Shown: positions 52,030 to 60,857 of the stretch, piece by piece | Layout: each line of letters opens with the position of its first letter | Position numbering within the stretch: the first letter of the stretch is position 1 | From: an uncultured Phycisphaerales bacterium | Lineage (GTDB): Bacteria > Planctomycetota > Phycisphaerae > Tepidisphaerales > Tepidisphaeraceae | Length of the DNA stretch: 64,000 nt | Direction of reading: 5' to 3' | NCBI GenBank assembly: GCA_963758525.1 | Contig: CAVWVQ010000002.1 | Span: 288,001-352,000, forward strand | The notes under the pieces: model-generated | What the model was told of the DNA's origin: nothing | Database searches by the model: none | The model's input: only the letters and a program-made list of their open reading frames with translations | Translations under genes and position numbers: made by a program

Positions 52030-52793
52030 CTACGCTTTGGGTCTCTCGACTTTCGCTTTTTCCTCGATCACGCGGAACGGGATCCCGAACGCCTTGAGCA
52101 GTTCGCGCCCCTCCTCGACCGAGCCGGCGGTGGTAACCACGGTGATGTTCATGCCCTGCGTGAAAGTGACGGCGGCGGTGTCGACCTCGGGGAAAACCGT
52201 CTGTTCGGTAAAACCGAAGTTGTAGTTTCCCGACTTGTCAAACCCGTTGGGGTTCAGGCCGCGAAAGTCCTTTACGCGGGGAATCGCCAGGGCGATCAGA
52301 CGATCGACAAACTCGTACATCCGGGCGCCCGGAGGGTGACCTTCAAACCGGTCTCCATTCCTTCGCGCACCTTAAAGTTGGCGACGCTCTTCTTGGCCTT
52401 GCAGCGAACCGGCTTCTGGCCGGCGATCACTCCCAGCTCTTTTTCCGCCTGCTCGAACTTGCCCTTGTTGGAGCTGTCGGTGGCGAACTTGCCCAGGCCC
52501 ATCGAGATCACGACCTTTTCCAGCCGGGGGACCGAAAGCTTGTTCTTGTAGCCGAACTGCTGCACCAGCGCCGGCACAATCTGATCGCGATAGGTCGCAA
52601 TCAAACGCGCAGGAGGCGCCGGTTGCTGCGGCGCGTCATCGGTGGTTTCCTGCCCCGCATCGGCGACCTTGGGCTTGCGCTTTTCCTTGCCGCCGCCCTG
52701 CTTCTGCTTATCGCCGCGGCCGGCGCCCTGTCCCGCGCCCTCGGGCTTGGGCTGCCGGGGCTGCTTCTCTTTCTTCTGTTTTTCCTCTGCCAT
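52030..52793 (-). CDS. rplE: 50S ribosomal protein L5 with N-terminal extension; frameshift near 52327
   Basis: VPRLEKVVISMG, IAGQKP, FKVREG, KVTLR then MYEFVDRL...PRVKDFRG in the next frame. Confidence 0.93.
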
Positions 52794-52892
52794 AACCGCC
52801 TCCGGCCTGTTGGGGGCCGACTTTTCCGATCGAGCTCAAACGCCTTCATTCGAGGCCGCGGATCTACGTCCGCGGCTCCGTCGGAAGCGCGA

Positions 52893-53228
52893 CTACTTGC
52901 TTGCCCTTCCCAGCTTTCCGAGATCCGTGCCACTGGAAACCGATACGCGGCGCTTGGCGCCGTCGCGCATCTCGAACTTCACTCGCGTTCCCTTGCCGGT
53001 GGAAGGATCCAGCAGCATCACGTTGCTGATGTGAATCGCCGATTCCTTCTGAATTCGGCCGCCCTGCGGGTTGCGCTGGTTGGGACGCACGTGTTTCCAG
53101 ACGCGCTTGACGCCTTCGACGACGACGCGGTTCTTGTCGGTGATGACGCGCAGGACCTTGCCGGTCTTCGGAGCGTCCGCTCCCGAGATCACCACGACCA
53201 TGTCGCCTTTTCGAATATGCCGGGCCAT
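52893..53228 (-). CDS. rplX: 50S ribosomal protein L24
   Basis: HIRKGD.V.VISG, VVEGV, IHISNV. Confidence 0.96.
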   Translation of the reverse strand: MARHIRKGDMVVVISGADAPKTGKVLRVITDKNRVVVEGVKRVWKHVRPNQRNPQGGRIQKESAIHISNVMLLDPSTGKGTRVKFEMRDGAKRRVSVSSGTDLGKLGRASK

Positions 53229-53239
53229 TGGGGTACCTT

Positions 53240-53626
53240 TCAAACAACTTCACTCGCCAGCGACACGATCTTCATAAAGTTCTTCTCGCGCAACTCGCGG
53301 GCGACGGCACCGAAGATTCGGGTGCCGCGCGGGTTGTTTTCCTTGTCGATCACGACCGCTGCGTTGTGATCGAACCGCACATAGCTTCCATCGCTCCGCA
53401 GCGTCGGTTGCTTGGTGCGGACGATCACGCAGCGGATGATTTCTCCCTGCTTCACATCGCCGGCAGGAGCGGCTTTTTTCACGGCACAGATGATCACGTC
53501 GCCCACGCCGGCCACGCGGCGCTTGAAGCGCCCCTTGCTGCTGCTGCCGCGCAGCACCTTGATGCACATCGCTTCCTTGGCGCCCGTGTTGTCGGCGATA
53601 TCAACCCAGGTCTGTTGCTGAATCAT
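53240..53626 (-). CDS. rplN: 50S ribosomal protein L14
   Basis: [33 protein letters not shown]. Confidence 0.97.
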   Translation of the reverse strand: MIQQQTWVDIADNTGAKEAMCIKVLRGSSSKGRFKRRVAGVGDVIICAVKKAAPAGDVKQGEIIRCVIVRTKQPTLRSDGSYVRFDHNAAVVIDKENNPRGTRIFGAVARELREKNFMKIVSLASEVV

Positions 53627-54012
53627 CTTCGAATCCTTCGGCTGCGAGCCGCACGTTTATCGCGCTTCGGCGCCTTGCCGGTCATTACTTCTTCGGCGGA
53701 CACCTGCACGGCTTTTTCCGCCGCCTTGGAGACCACGCGCAGCAGGCGGTGGTGCTTATGCCTGCTCAGCGGCCGGCACTCGGCGATCTCGACGGTGTCC
53801 CCTTCCTTGGCCTCGTTCTTCTCGTCATGCGCGTGCAGGACGGTGCTGCGCTTGAGGTACTTGCCGTACTTGGGATGCTTGGTCTTGTAATCCACCACCA
53901 CCTTGATGGTCTTATGCGCCTTGTCGGAAGCGACCACTCCGCGAATCGTGCGGAGCAATGCTCTTTGCGGGGTCACCGGTGCGGTCGCTTGTTCTGTATC
54001 CGCCATAGTCAT
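53623..54012 (-). CDS. rpsQ: 30S ribosomal protein S17
   Basis: GVV.SDK..KTI.V, HPKYGK, HAHDE.N, ECRPLS. Confidence 0.95.
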   Translation of the reverse strand: MTMADTEQATAPVTPQRALLRTIRGVVASDKAHKTIKVVVDYKTKHPKYGKYLKRSTVLHAHDEKNEAKEGDTVEIAECRPLSRHKHHRLLRVVSKAAEKAVQVSAEEVMTGKAPKRDKRAARSRRIRR

Positions 54013-54039
54013 GCTCTCTTCATTCGAACTGTTGCGACG

Positions 54040-54252
54040 CTACTTCGCCGCCGTCGTCGTTGCCGCCAGCTTCCGCTGGCGGAGCACCGTCTTCAGACGG
54101 GCGATGGTCTTCTTCGTCTTCCCGAGCTGCGTCGGGTCTTCCAGCTTTTCAGTCACGGCCTGCGTGCGCAGCTCGAACAGGTGCTTGCGGGCGTCGAGCA
54201 GCTCGTGCTCGAGATGACTGTCATCCTTTTCCAAAATCTCTTTGATCTTCAT
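54040..54252 (-). CDS. rpmC: 50S ribosomal protein L29
   Basis: LFELR.Q, IARLKTVLR; position in the operon. Confidence 0.93.
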   Translation of the reverse strand: MKIKEILEKDDSHLEHELLDARKHLFELRTQAVTEKLEDPTQLGKTKKTIARLKTVLRQRKLAATTTAAK

Positions 54253-54289
54253 GGCTCTCTCGCTTCAGCTTCCGCCGCGCTCGATCAGG

Positions 54290-54712
54290 TCAGGCCACCG
54301 CATGTTTGCGATGCACAAACCGGCACGGCACCGGCATCTTGTGCGCCACGCGCGCCAGCGCCTTCTTGGCCGTCGGTTCATCCACGCCGGTGATCTCGAA
54401 CATGATCGTTCCCGGCTTCACGATGGCTACCCAGTATTCCGGCTCACCTTTGCCCTTGCCCATGCGCGTTTCCAGGGGCTTGCCCGAAACCGGCTTATGG
54501 GGAAAGATGCGGATGAAGATGCGCCCTTCGCGGCGGAGGTAGTGGGTGCACGCGACGCGTCCGGCCTCGATCTGGCGGGCCGTGATCCAGTGCGCCTTGA
54601 GCGACTGCAATCCGAACTCGCCGAACGAGACGGTGTTGCCGCGGGTGGCGTTCCCTTTCATTTTGCCGCGCTGGCTTTTGCGGTAGCGAACGCGCTTGGG
54701 CATTAATGGCAT
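54290..54712 (-). CDS. rplP: 50S ribosomal protein L16
   Basis: LMPKRV.YRK, RQIEAGR, RMGKGKG. Confidence 0.97.
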   Translation of the reverse strand: MPLMPKRVRYRKSQRGKMKGNATRGNTVSFGEFGLQSLKAHWITARQIEAGRVACTHYLRREGRIFIRIFPHKPVSGKPLETRMGKGKGEPEYWVAIVKPGTIMFEITGVDEPTAKKALARVAHKMPVPCRFVHRKHAVA

Positions 54713-54724
54713 AAAAACTTCCTT

Positions 54725-55420
54725 CTACCTTCTTCCGCGCCTCGGACCCGGGCCGGGGCGTACATCCGTCTCCGACACTTCTTCACCATACAACCCGCGG
54801 TAGATCCAGACCTTCACGCCGATGGTTCCGAAGGTCGTGAAGGCAATTGCGTAGCCGTAACCAACGTCCGCCTGGAGCGTCGTCAGCGGGACCGAGCCGG
54901 TGGTCTGCTTTTCGGTCCGGGCGATTTCCGCCCCGCCGAGGCGGCCGCTGACGGAAATCCGAATTCCCTTGGCGCCAGCCTGCATCGTCGCTTCCATCCG
55001 CTGCTTGAGCACGCGACGAAAGCTGGCGCGCTTCTTCAACTGCTCGGCAATCAACTCGGCTACGAGTTGCGGGTTGAGATCGGGATTCTTGATCTCGATG
55101 ACCTTGATCGGCGCCACTTTGCGCTTGATGAGGTCTTCCAGCATTTCCCGCAGCGCGTCGACTTCAGCGCCCTTTGAGCCAATCACCAGGCCCGGACGCG
55201 CGGTTCGCAGCGTGATAGTGACCTCTTCGCGAGTTCGCTCGATCAGGATCTCCGCCACCGCGGCCGCCTGCTGGCGATTGAGCTTCCTGTCGATGAGCTT
55301 TCGCAAGCGGTAGTCCTCGACGAGGAAAGCGCCGTACGCCGCCTTGGGGGCATACCACTTGGACTTCCAGTCCTCGGTGATGCCCACGCGGAAGCCGGTT
55401 GGATTGACCTTCTGACCCAT
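54725..55420 (-). CDS. rpsC: 30S ribosomal protein S3
   Basis: MGQKVNP.GFR, RPGLVIG, SGRLGGAEIAR, GVKVWI. Confidence 0.97.
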   Translation of the reverse strand: MGQKVNPTGFRVGITEDWKSKWYAPKAAYGAFLVEDYRLRKLIDRKLNRQQAAAVAEILIERTREEVTITLRTARPGLVIGSKGAEVDALREMLEDLIKRKVAPIKVIEIKNPDLNPQLVAELIAEQLKKRASFRRVLKQRMEATMQAGAKGIRISVSGRLGGAEIARTEKQTTGSVPLTTLQADVGYGYAIAFTTFGTIGVKVWIYRGLYGEEVSETDVRPGPGPRRGRR

Positions 55421-55502
55421 GGTGTTCCTCTTGTGAATGCGTGCGAGTACGCACACATACCAGGCGATTCGCTGCCCAAGGGCAGCCGTTAAACGTTCCT
55501 CA

Positions 55503-55841
55503 CTACACGCCGCGCTGGTCGAGCGTCACCACCAGATGACTGGTGCGCTTCTTGATCTCGTACGCCTTGCCGCGATCCTTCGGCTGAAAACGCTTGATAA
55601 CCGGACCCGGATCGACCCACGCCTTGGCAACGAACAGCGTGTTCCGCGGCGGAGTGTCTGTCTCGTTGGCATTGGCGACCGCGCTGCGGACGACCTTTTC
55701 GATCATCCCGCTGGCCCGCTGCTTGGCAAACCGCAGCAGCGTGATGGCATCATCCACGTCGCGTCCGCGGATGAGATTCATCAGCAGCCGCGCTTTCCGC
55801 GGGGAGATGCGTGCATAGCGATGTTTGGCTTCGTAAGGCAT
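55503..55841 (-). CDS. rplV: 50S ribosomal protein L22
   Basis: RISPRKAR, SAVANA, KRTSH. Confidence 0.97.
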   Translation of the reverse strand: MPYEAKHRYARISPRKARLLMNLIRGRDVDDAITLLRFAKQRASGMIEKVVRSAVANANETDTPPRNTLFVAKAWVDPGPVIKRFQPKDRGKAYEIKKRTSHLVVTLDQRGV

Positions 55842-55847
55842 CTTTTT

Positions 55848-56009
55848 AGGGTTCAGGGTGTCAGGGTTCAGGGTTCAGTGCGGACAGATGCCGCCGTCAC
55901 CAAATTCTGTAGCCTTTGATTCCTCGAACTCTCCTTTACTTCGGGTCGGGATTCAGGGTTTACGGTGCAGGCTATTTCCTGAACCCTGAACCCTGACACC
56001 CTGAACCCT
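55848..56009. repeat. TTCAGGG heptamer palindromic element between rpsS and rplV
   Basis: Perfect 31-bp inverted arms AGGGTTCAGGGTGTCAGGGTTCAGGGTTCAG / CTGAACCCTGAACCCTGACACCCTGAACCCT. Confidence 0.88.
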
Positions 56010-56010
56010 C

Positions 56011-56301
56011 TTATGCTGGCGCCGCTCCCGGCGTGGTCGGTTTTCGTCCGCTGTGTCCTTTGAACGTGCGTGTCGGCGAAAACTCGCCGAGCTTGTGACC
56101 GACCATGTCTTCCTGCACGAAGACTTTCAAAAACTTGTTGCCGTTGTGGACCTCGAACGTGTGTCCCACGAACTCCGGGATGATGGTGCAGGCCCGGGCC
56201 CAGGTGCGGATCGGCTGCTTGGCGCGGTTTTCGTTGAGCTTCGAAACCTTGCGGAACAGCTTCTCGTTGACGAACGGACCTTTTTTGGCGCTTCTGCTCA
56301 T
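56011..56301 (-). CDS. rpsS: 30S ribosomal protein S19
   Basis: [27 protein letters not shown]. Confidence 0.97.
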   Translation of the reverse strand: MSRSAKKGPFVNEKLFRKVSKLNENRAKQPIRTWARACTIIPEFVGHTFEVHNGNKFLKVFVQEDMVGHKLGEFSPTRTFKGHSGRKPTTPGAAPA

Positions 56302-56304
56302 GGG

Positions 56305-57171
56305 TTATACGCTCACCGTTTGCGGACGCTGCTGATGTTTGCCGAACTTGCGGCGACGGAGAATCAACTTCTCGCTGTTCTTTCGCTTGCTGCGGGTGAT
56401 GCCGCCCTTGGAAGGCACACCCGTCTTGGAAACCGGATGGCGTCCGCCGTTGCTGCGGCCTTCCCCGCCGCCCAGCGGATGGTCGATCGGGTTCATGGCC
56501 TTGGCGCGGGTATGGGGGCGAATGCCCATGTGTCGCGAACGACCGGCCTTGCCGAGGCTGACGTTAATCCAGTCGAGATTGCCGAGTTGGCCGATCGTCG
56601 CGCGGCAGGCGCTGCGAACGCGGCGCATTTCACCGGACGGAAGAATGATCACCGCCCACTCCCCTTCGCGCGATCCCAGCCGGCCCACGCCGCCCGCCGA
56701 GCGGACAAGCTTGCCGCCCTGCCCGGGGTTCATCTCAATGTTGTGGATTTCCAGGCCGGTTGGAATGTTGGCGAGCGGCATCGCGTTGCCAAGCTCCGGC
56801 GGGGAGTTGGGGCCGCTGATGACCGACGCGCCCACTTTCAAACCATTGGGCAGGAGGATGTAGTTCTTCTCCCCGTCTTCATATTGAATCAAGGCGATGA
56901 AAACAGAGCGGTTGGGATCATATTCGACTGCGAGCACCTTGGCCGGCATGTCGTCTTTGCGGCGCTTGAAGTCGATGATGCGATAAAGCTTCTTATTTCC
57001 GCCGCCTCGATGCTTCACGGTGATCACGCCGTGGTGATTGCGCCCGTTGGCACGGATGCGTCCGACCGTGAGCGAGCGCTCCGGCTCAGATTTGGTGAGA
57101 ATCGCGCGGTAGTCAATCACGCTCCCAGCGCGTCGTCCCGCGGAAGTCGGGTTATAAAATTTGATGGGCAT
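56305..57171 (-). CDS. rplB: 50S ribosomal protein L2
   Basis: HRGGG.K..YR.IDF.R, EYDPNRS, AMNP.DHP.GGGEG. Confidence 0.97.
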   Translation of the reverse strand: MPIKFYNPTSAGRRAGSVIDYRAILTKSEPERSLTVGRIRANGRNHHGVITVKHRGGGNKKLYRIIDFKRRKDDMPAKVLAVEYDPNRSVFIALIQYEDGEKNYILLPNGLKVGASVISGPNSPPELGNAMPLANIPTGLEIHNIEMNPGQGGKLVRSAGGVGRLGSREGEWAVIILPSGEMRRVRSACRATIGQLGNLDWINVSLGKAGRSRHMGIRPHTRAKAMNPIDHPLGGGEGRSNGGRHPVSKTGVPSKGGITRSKRKNSEKLILRRRKFGKHQQRPQTVSV

Positions 57172-57276
57172 AACGAAACTCGCTCGCGTTCAACATCGTG
57201 CAATATCGCTAATGCAGTTCATCACCGTTTAGCGGGTGCCCCAGAGGGCACCGTTCTTCATTTCGGCGCACATTCC

Positions 57277-57555
57277 TCAGAACAATTCAATCCGCGAATC
57301 CTCCGCCAGCACGACTACCGCGCGCTTCCAGTTGCTCGTCGTATCCATCTTGAACTTCGAGCGGCGCGGCTTGCCCTTGCGGTTCATCGTCCGCACTTCA
57401 ACCACCTTCACTTCATACAGCTTCTCGACCGCAAGACGAATCTGCGGCTTGGTCGCTGTCCGGCTGACCTTGAACGCATACGCGTTCCGCGTTGCCTGCT
57501 GATGCGTGCTCTTCTCCGTGATCAGCGGCTTGATGATGACGTCTGTCTTATCCAT
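57277..57555 (-). CDS. rplW: 50S ribosomal protein L23
   Basis: PLITEKS, ATK.QI, WKRA.V. Confidence 0.96.
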   Translation of the reverse strand: MDKTDVIIKPLITEKSTHQQATRNAYAFKVSRTATKPQIRLAVEKLYEVKVVEVRTMNRKGKPRRSKFKMDTTSNWKRAVVVLAEDSRIELF

Positions 57556-57568
57556 AGCTCTTCAGGCG

Positions 57569-57650
57569 AAGGTTCGGGGTCAAGGATTCAGAAAAGAGTG
57601 CGGTCGTTTCCTCAAATTTCCTGAACCCTGGACCCCGAACCTTGAACCTT
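57569..57650. repeat. Degenerate TTCAGGG-family palindrome between rplD and rplW
   Basis: AAGGTTCGGGGTCAAGGATTCAG...CTGAACCCTGGACCCCGAACCTT. Confidence 0.7.
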
Positions 57651-57652
57651 CC

Positions 57653-58267
57653 TCATGCCAAAATCTTTTCCAGGCCCTGGCGAGTCATCAGCAGGGTCCG
57701 ATTCTGAAGAATGTCCCACGCGTTGAGCTGATCCACGGTGGTCAGCGTCGTGCGGGCAAGGTTGCGGGCCGATCGCTCGAGTTGCTCATCGCGACCCGGC
57801 AATGCCAGCAGGCAACTGCGATCAATGCTCAGTGCCTTGAAGATCTCCGCAACAAATTTTGTTTTGGGCTGGTCCAGCGTGATCTGATCGACCACACGAA
57901 TATCGCTGCTCTGAATCTTGGCGAGAATCGCGCTGTTTCGGGCCAGGCGGCGGGCCTTCTTCGGCATGGCCTGACGCCAGTCCTTGGGTCGCTTCTGCTT
58001 GGCGTGACCACCGCCGACCTTGATCGGATTGCGGATGCCGCCGGTGCGGGCGTTGCCAGTTCCCTTTTGGCGGAACATCTTGCGGGTCGAGCCGGCGACT
58101 TCGCCGCGCGCCTGCGTGCGAACGGTGCCCTGCCGCTGATTGGCGTGATACATCACCAGCGCCTGCTTGAGCAGATGGTCGCGGACGGTGCCGCCCAGCT
58201 TGGCCTCGTCGAGCGCAAAGGTCTCGATCTTGTCGCCCTTCTGATTATAGATTGGAACTTCGATCAT
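57653..58267 (-). CDS. rplD: 50S ribosomal protein L4
   Basis: RQGT, RQKGTGNAR, PKTK, SARN. Confidence 0.96.
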   Translation of the reverse strand: MIEVPIYNQKGDKIETFALDEAKLGGTVRDHLLKQALVMYHANQRQGTVRTQARGEVAGSTRKMFRQKGTGNARTGGIRNPIKVGGGHAKQKRPKDWRQAMPKKARRLARNSAILAKIQSSDIRVVDQITLDQPKTKFVAEIFKALSIDRSCLLALPGRDEQLERSARNLARTTLTTVDQLNAWDILQNRTLLMTRQGLEKILA

Positions 58268-58297
58268 GAGTGGGTCCCTCGGAAGGGCAGTGGCGAA

Positions 58298-58964
58298 TTA
58301 CTTGGGTTGTTCCTTGGGAATGCGCTTCGTGTAGCTCTGACGAATAAAAAGGAGCGTGCCGTTTGGTCCGGGCAGCTCCTTTGATCAGCAGCAGGTTGTT
58401 GTCGGAGTCGATCTTGACGAGGGGATGATGAAGACAGGTGACCTGGTCCATGCCCATGTGCCCCGCCATGCGCACGCCCTTCTTGGGCTTGCCGCATTGA
58501 CCTCGCCACGTGGCGCGCGATGCGATCGATCCGGGAGATCGGTGCTTGCGCTCCGTGCCGTGCGAGGCGGGCTGACCACCGAAGTGATGCCGCTTCATGA
58601 CGCCGGCCGTCCCCTTGCCTTTGCTCGTCCCGATCACATCAACCCATTTCACTTCGCTGAAGGACTTCACGTCGACCGTGGCGCCGGCAGCGAGCGTGGT
58701 CGCCTCTTTCAGGCGAATCTCGCGGAAATGCCGCCGGGGGGTCGTGCCACTCTTGGCACAATGACCGATCAGCGGGAACGTGCTGTACTTGGCCTTCACT
58801 TCTCCAAAGCCGATCTGCACGGCGTTGTATCCGTCGCTCTCAACGGTCTTGACCTGCGTGACGGCGCATGGCCCCGCCTGCACGACGGTCACGGGAATAA
58901 CGCTTCCCTTCTCGTCATAGATGCGGGTCATGCCCACTTTGGTGCCCAGCAATGCAGGAGTCAT
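58298..58964 (-). CDS. rplC: 50S ribosomal protein L3; frameshift near 58374
   Basis: KVGMT, DGY.AVQ, SKGKG, HRSPGS, MAGHMG; LLIKGA continues PGPNG in another frame to TAA 58298-58300. Confidence 0.94.
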
Positions 58965-59020
58965 ATCCAATCCGTTTCTCGCCTGCTCGCTTAAAAAAAG
59001 CGAACGACAACAACTCACCT

Positions 59021-59098
59021 GGACACGCGGCCCTTTGCAGGGAACGGGTTCTTGGCTGAACCCCGCGGTCCAAAAGAAAGGCCCCTTACGGCAGGGGC
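59021..59098 (-). promoter_or_regulatory. Candidate structured cis-regulatory RNA in the rpsJ-rplC spacer
   Basis: Minus strand: hairpin GCCCCT-N6-AGGGGC followed by CTTTCTTTT, then a three-way junction with a GCAA tetraloop. Confidence 0.4.
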
Positions 59099-59114
59099 AA
59101 ATGAGAGCAGAAAT

Positions 59115-59420
59115 TTATGCCTTGATCTTCACGAAAACGCCAGCCGGCACAACCAGGCGATTCAAAGCTTCCACCGTGCGCGCGGTCGGCTCGAAGATAT
59201 CGATCACGCGCTTGTGCGTGCGCATCTCGAACTGCTCGCGCGATTTCTTGTCAATGTGAGGGCTCCGCAGAACCGTGTAACGCTCGATCCGGGTCGGCAT
59301 CGGAATCGGCCCGCAAACCCGCGCATTGGTCCGCTTGGCGTGATCGACGATTTCCTTCGCCGACGCGTCAAGCGAGCGGTGGTCGTAGGCTTCCATTCGA
59401 ATGCGAATCCGGCCGTCCAT
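59115..59420 (-). CDS. rpsJ: 30S ribosomal protein S10
   Basis: [33 protein letters not shown]. Confidence 0.97.
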   Translation of the reverse strand: MDGRIRIRMEAYDHRSLDASAKEIVDHAKRTNARVCGPIPMPTRIERYTVLRSPHIDKKSREQFEMRTHKRVIDIFEPTARTVEALNRLVVPAGVFVKIKA

Positions 59421-59594
59421 CGTTTCCTGTTCCTCTCGACAACCCTCGTTCCCGCGGAAGCAACCGTGCTCCAGAACAAAACGGGAGGGTCAACATTAGT
59501 CAAAATGAGATAAGTGTCAAGCTCCGCGGTACGCAAATTTTCACCGATCAGCCGGCGGCGACAGGTTTTGCTGCACGTTTCCAACCGGAGCGCC

Positions 59595-60098
59595 TCACTT
59601 ATTACCAATGTTAAGCGCGTAGAAACCATCAAAGATACCTTTGCCGTCCATCTTCAACGTCCCCAGGTGACGGAGAACAACAGCGTCATCGATATCGTTT
59701 GTTTCGTATTCCTCAGTCCCGCCCGCATCGGTTGATGAAAGCGTCACGTGAAGATGGAAGAGCCCCTCGGCATCGTAGTTCATCTGAATCGCTGCGATAT
59801 TCGTCCCCTGCAAGATCCGCCAGACCATTAATAAAATCTCAGGGGAAGCAGCCGAGTCGACTACTTGGAAGAACGCCCGTACTTTGTGAGGATTCTTCTC
59901 GTAAGCTACCGCCAGGGATTCCGAGGTAAGAGCAGGTGCGTTGCTCCCCAGCCGCGTCAGAGCCACCTCGTTCATGCGATGAAGCACCGTCTGGATATGA
60001 CCGATCGCGCGTGCGCGAGGCCTGTATCCATCTATCAGCCATCCCTGGCCGGCCTCGCGGATCAACTTCTCGAGGGGATCTACGACCGTTGTGGTCAT
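59595..60098 (-). CDS. Hypothetical protein, gene 3 of the coupled cassette
   Basis: 167-aa ORF; ATG overlaps the upstream stop (ATGA at 60095-60098); GAGG upstream. Confidence 0.7.
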   Translation of the reverse strand: MTTTVVDPLEKLIREAGQGWLIDGYRPRARAIGHIQTVLHRMNEVALTRLGSNAPALTSESLAVAYEKNPHKVRAFFQVVDSAASPEILLMVWRILQGTNIAAIQMNYDAEGLFHLHVTLSSTDAGGTEEYETNDIDDAVVLRHLGTLKMDGKGIFDGFYALNIGNK

Positions 60099-60484
60099 GC
60101 AGCCTCGCTGGCAACCGCGCCGGCAAAAATCTCTTGCGAAAGGCTTCGCCGAAGGCTGTTTACGAAAGACTCAATCTGAGGCGGCGGAGTCGCGTCAATG
60201 GCGACCGTCAGCTCGCCTTCGGAACGAAGGAGATGAATGAGCGTTCCATCCAGCGATGGGTCGGCGCCCAATTCCCCCCAAAGTTTAGCGGAGACGGGGT
60301 CGCGAAAGGCGAGAATTTCGCGCCGGCTTGCAAAATCGATGTCGGCGTAACGACGGAAAACTTCTCCGGTCTTCGCATCCTCTAACACCACATCGTGCCA
60401 CAAACGGGTGATAGCGCGCACCGCCAGATCCAACGCCTCCACGTCTCGCGCCACTGGGATAATAACATCACGTCCGCCGATCAT
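60095..60484 (-). CDS. Hypothetical protein, gene 2 of the coupled cassette (possible immunity/antitoxin)
   Basis: MIGGRDVII... 129 aa; ATGA overlap at 60481-60484; GGAG upstream. Confidence 0.65.
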   Translation of the reverse strand: MIGGRDVIIPVARDVEALDLAVRAITRLWHDVVLEDAKTGEVFRRYADIDFASRREILAFRDPVSAKLWGELGADPSLDGTLIHLLRSEGELTVAIDATPPPQIESFVNSLRRSLSQEIFAGAVASEAA

Positions 60485-60795
60485 GGCAGGTTCTCCAAAC
60501 TCCCGTGATACCGTTGTCGCGATCTGGTCACCGTGTAATCGACCGGACTCCAAAAGACATATGCGCCCTTTGCGCCACTAATCGGCAGCAATCCGTCCTG
60601 ACCATCGAAACTAAAGACGAATGCCTGCTTTGCCTTGGGGATCCGGGTTCGGGCCGAAAATCGGTGCGCGTTGGGTCGCAAGGTTGTGAAGTATACCCCA
60701 AATGGCCTGTCGGCGGGTGGCTGCGCTGCCTTGAACACCCAGTCCACCTGTGAACTGATCGCTTTGTATCCCGCGTCATCCGTATAGTGCAGCAT
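60481..60795 (-). CDS. Stand-alone HYD1-signature ADP-ribosyltransferase-like protein (Tox-ART-HYD1-like)
   Basis: LHYTD..GY.AI, G.YFT.L.P and a late acidic residue (PVDY) fit the H-Y-D ART pattern; 104 aa; no signal peptide or carrier domain. Confidence 0.6.
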   Translation of the reverse strand: MLHYTDDAGYKAISSQVDWVFKAAQPPADRPFGVYFTTLRPNAHRFSARTRIPKAKQAFVFSFDGQDGLLPISGAKGAYVFWSPVDYTVTRSRQRYHGSLENLP

Positions 60796-60857
60796 GTTTG
60801 GCGCGTCGAATTATAAGCACTCAAGCTCGGCGGCCCCGTATGGTCGGTTCGCCCGTG

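Noticed and set aside
53623..53670. Arg-rich S17 tail overlapping the rplN start
   Set aside because: May be another indel at a GCGC site hiding an earlier TAA; cannot be resolved from this sequence
50259..55486. Two similar hairpins GCTGCC-N4-GGCAGC (50259-50276, 55471-55486) in ribosomal spacers
   Set aside because: Too short to distinguish from chance in GC-rich DNA without comparative data
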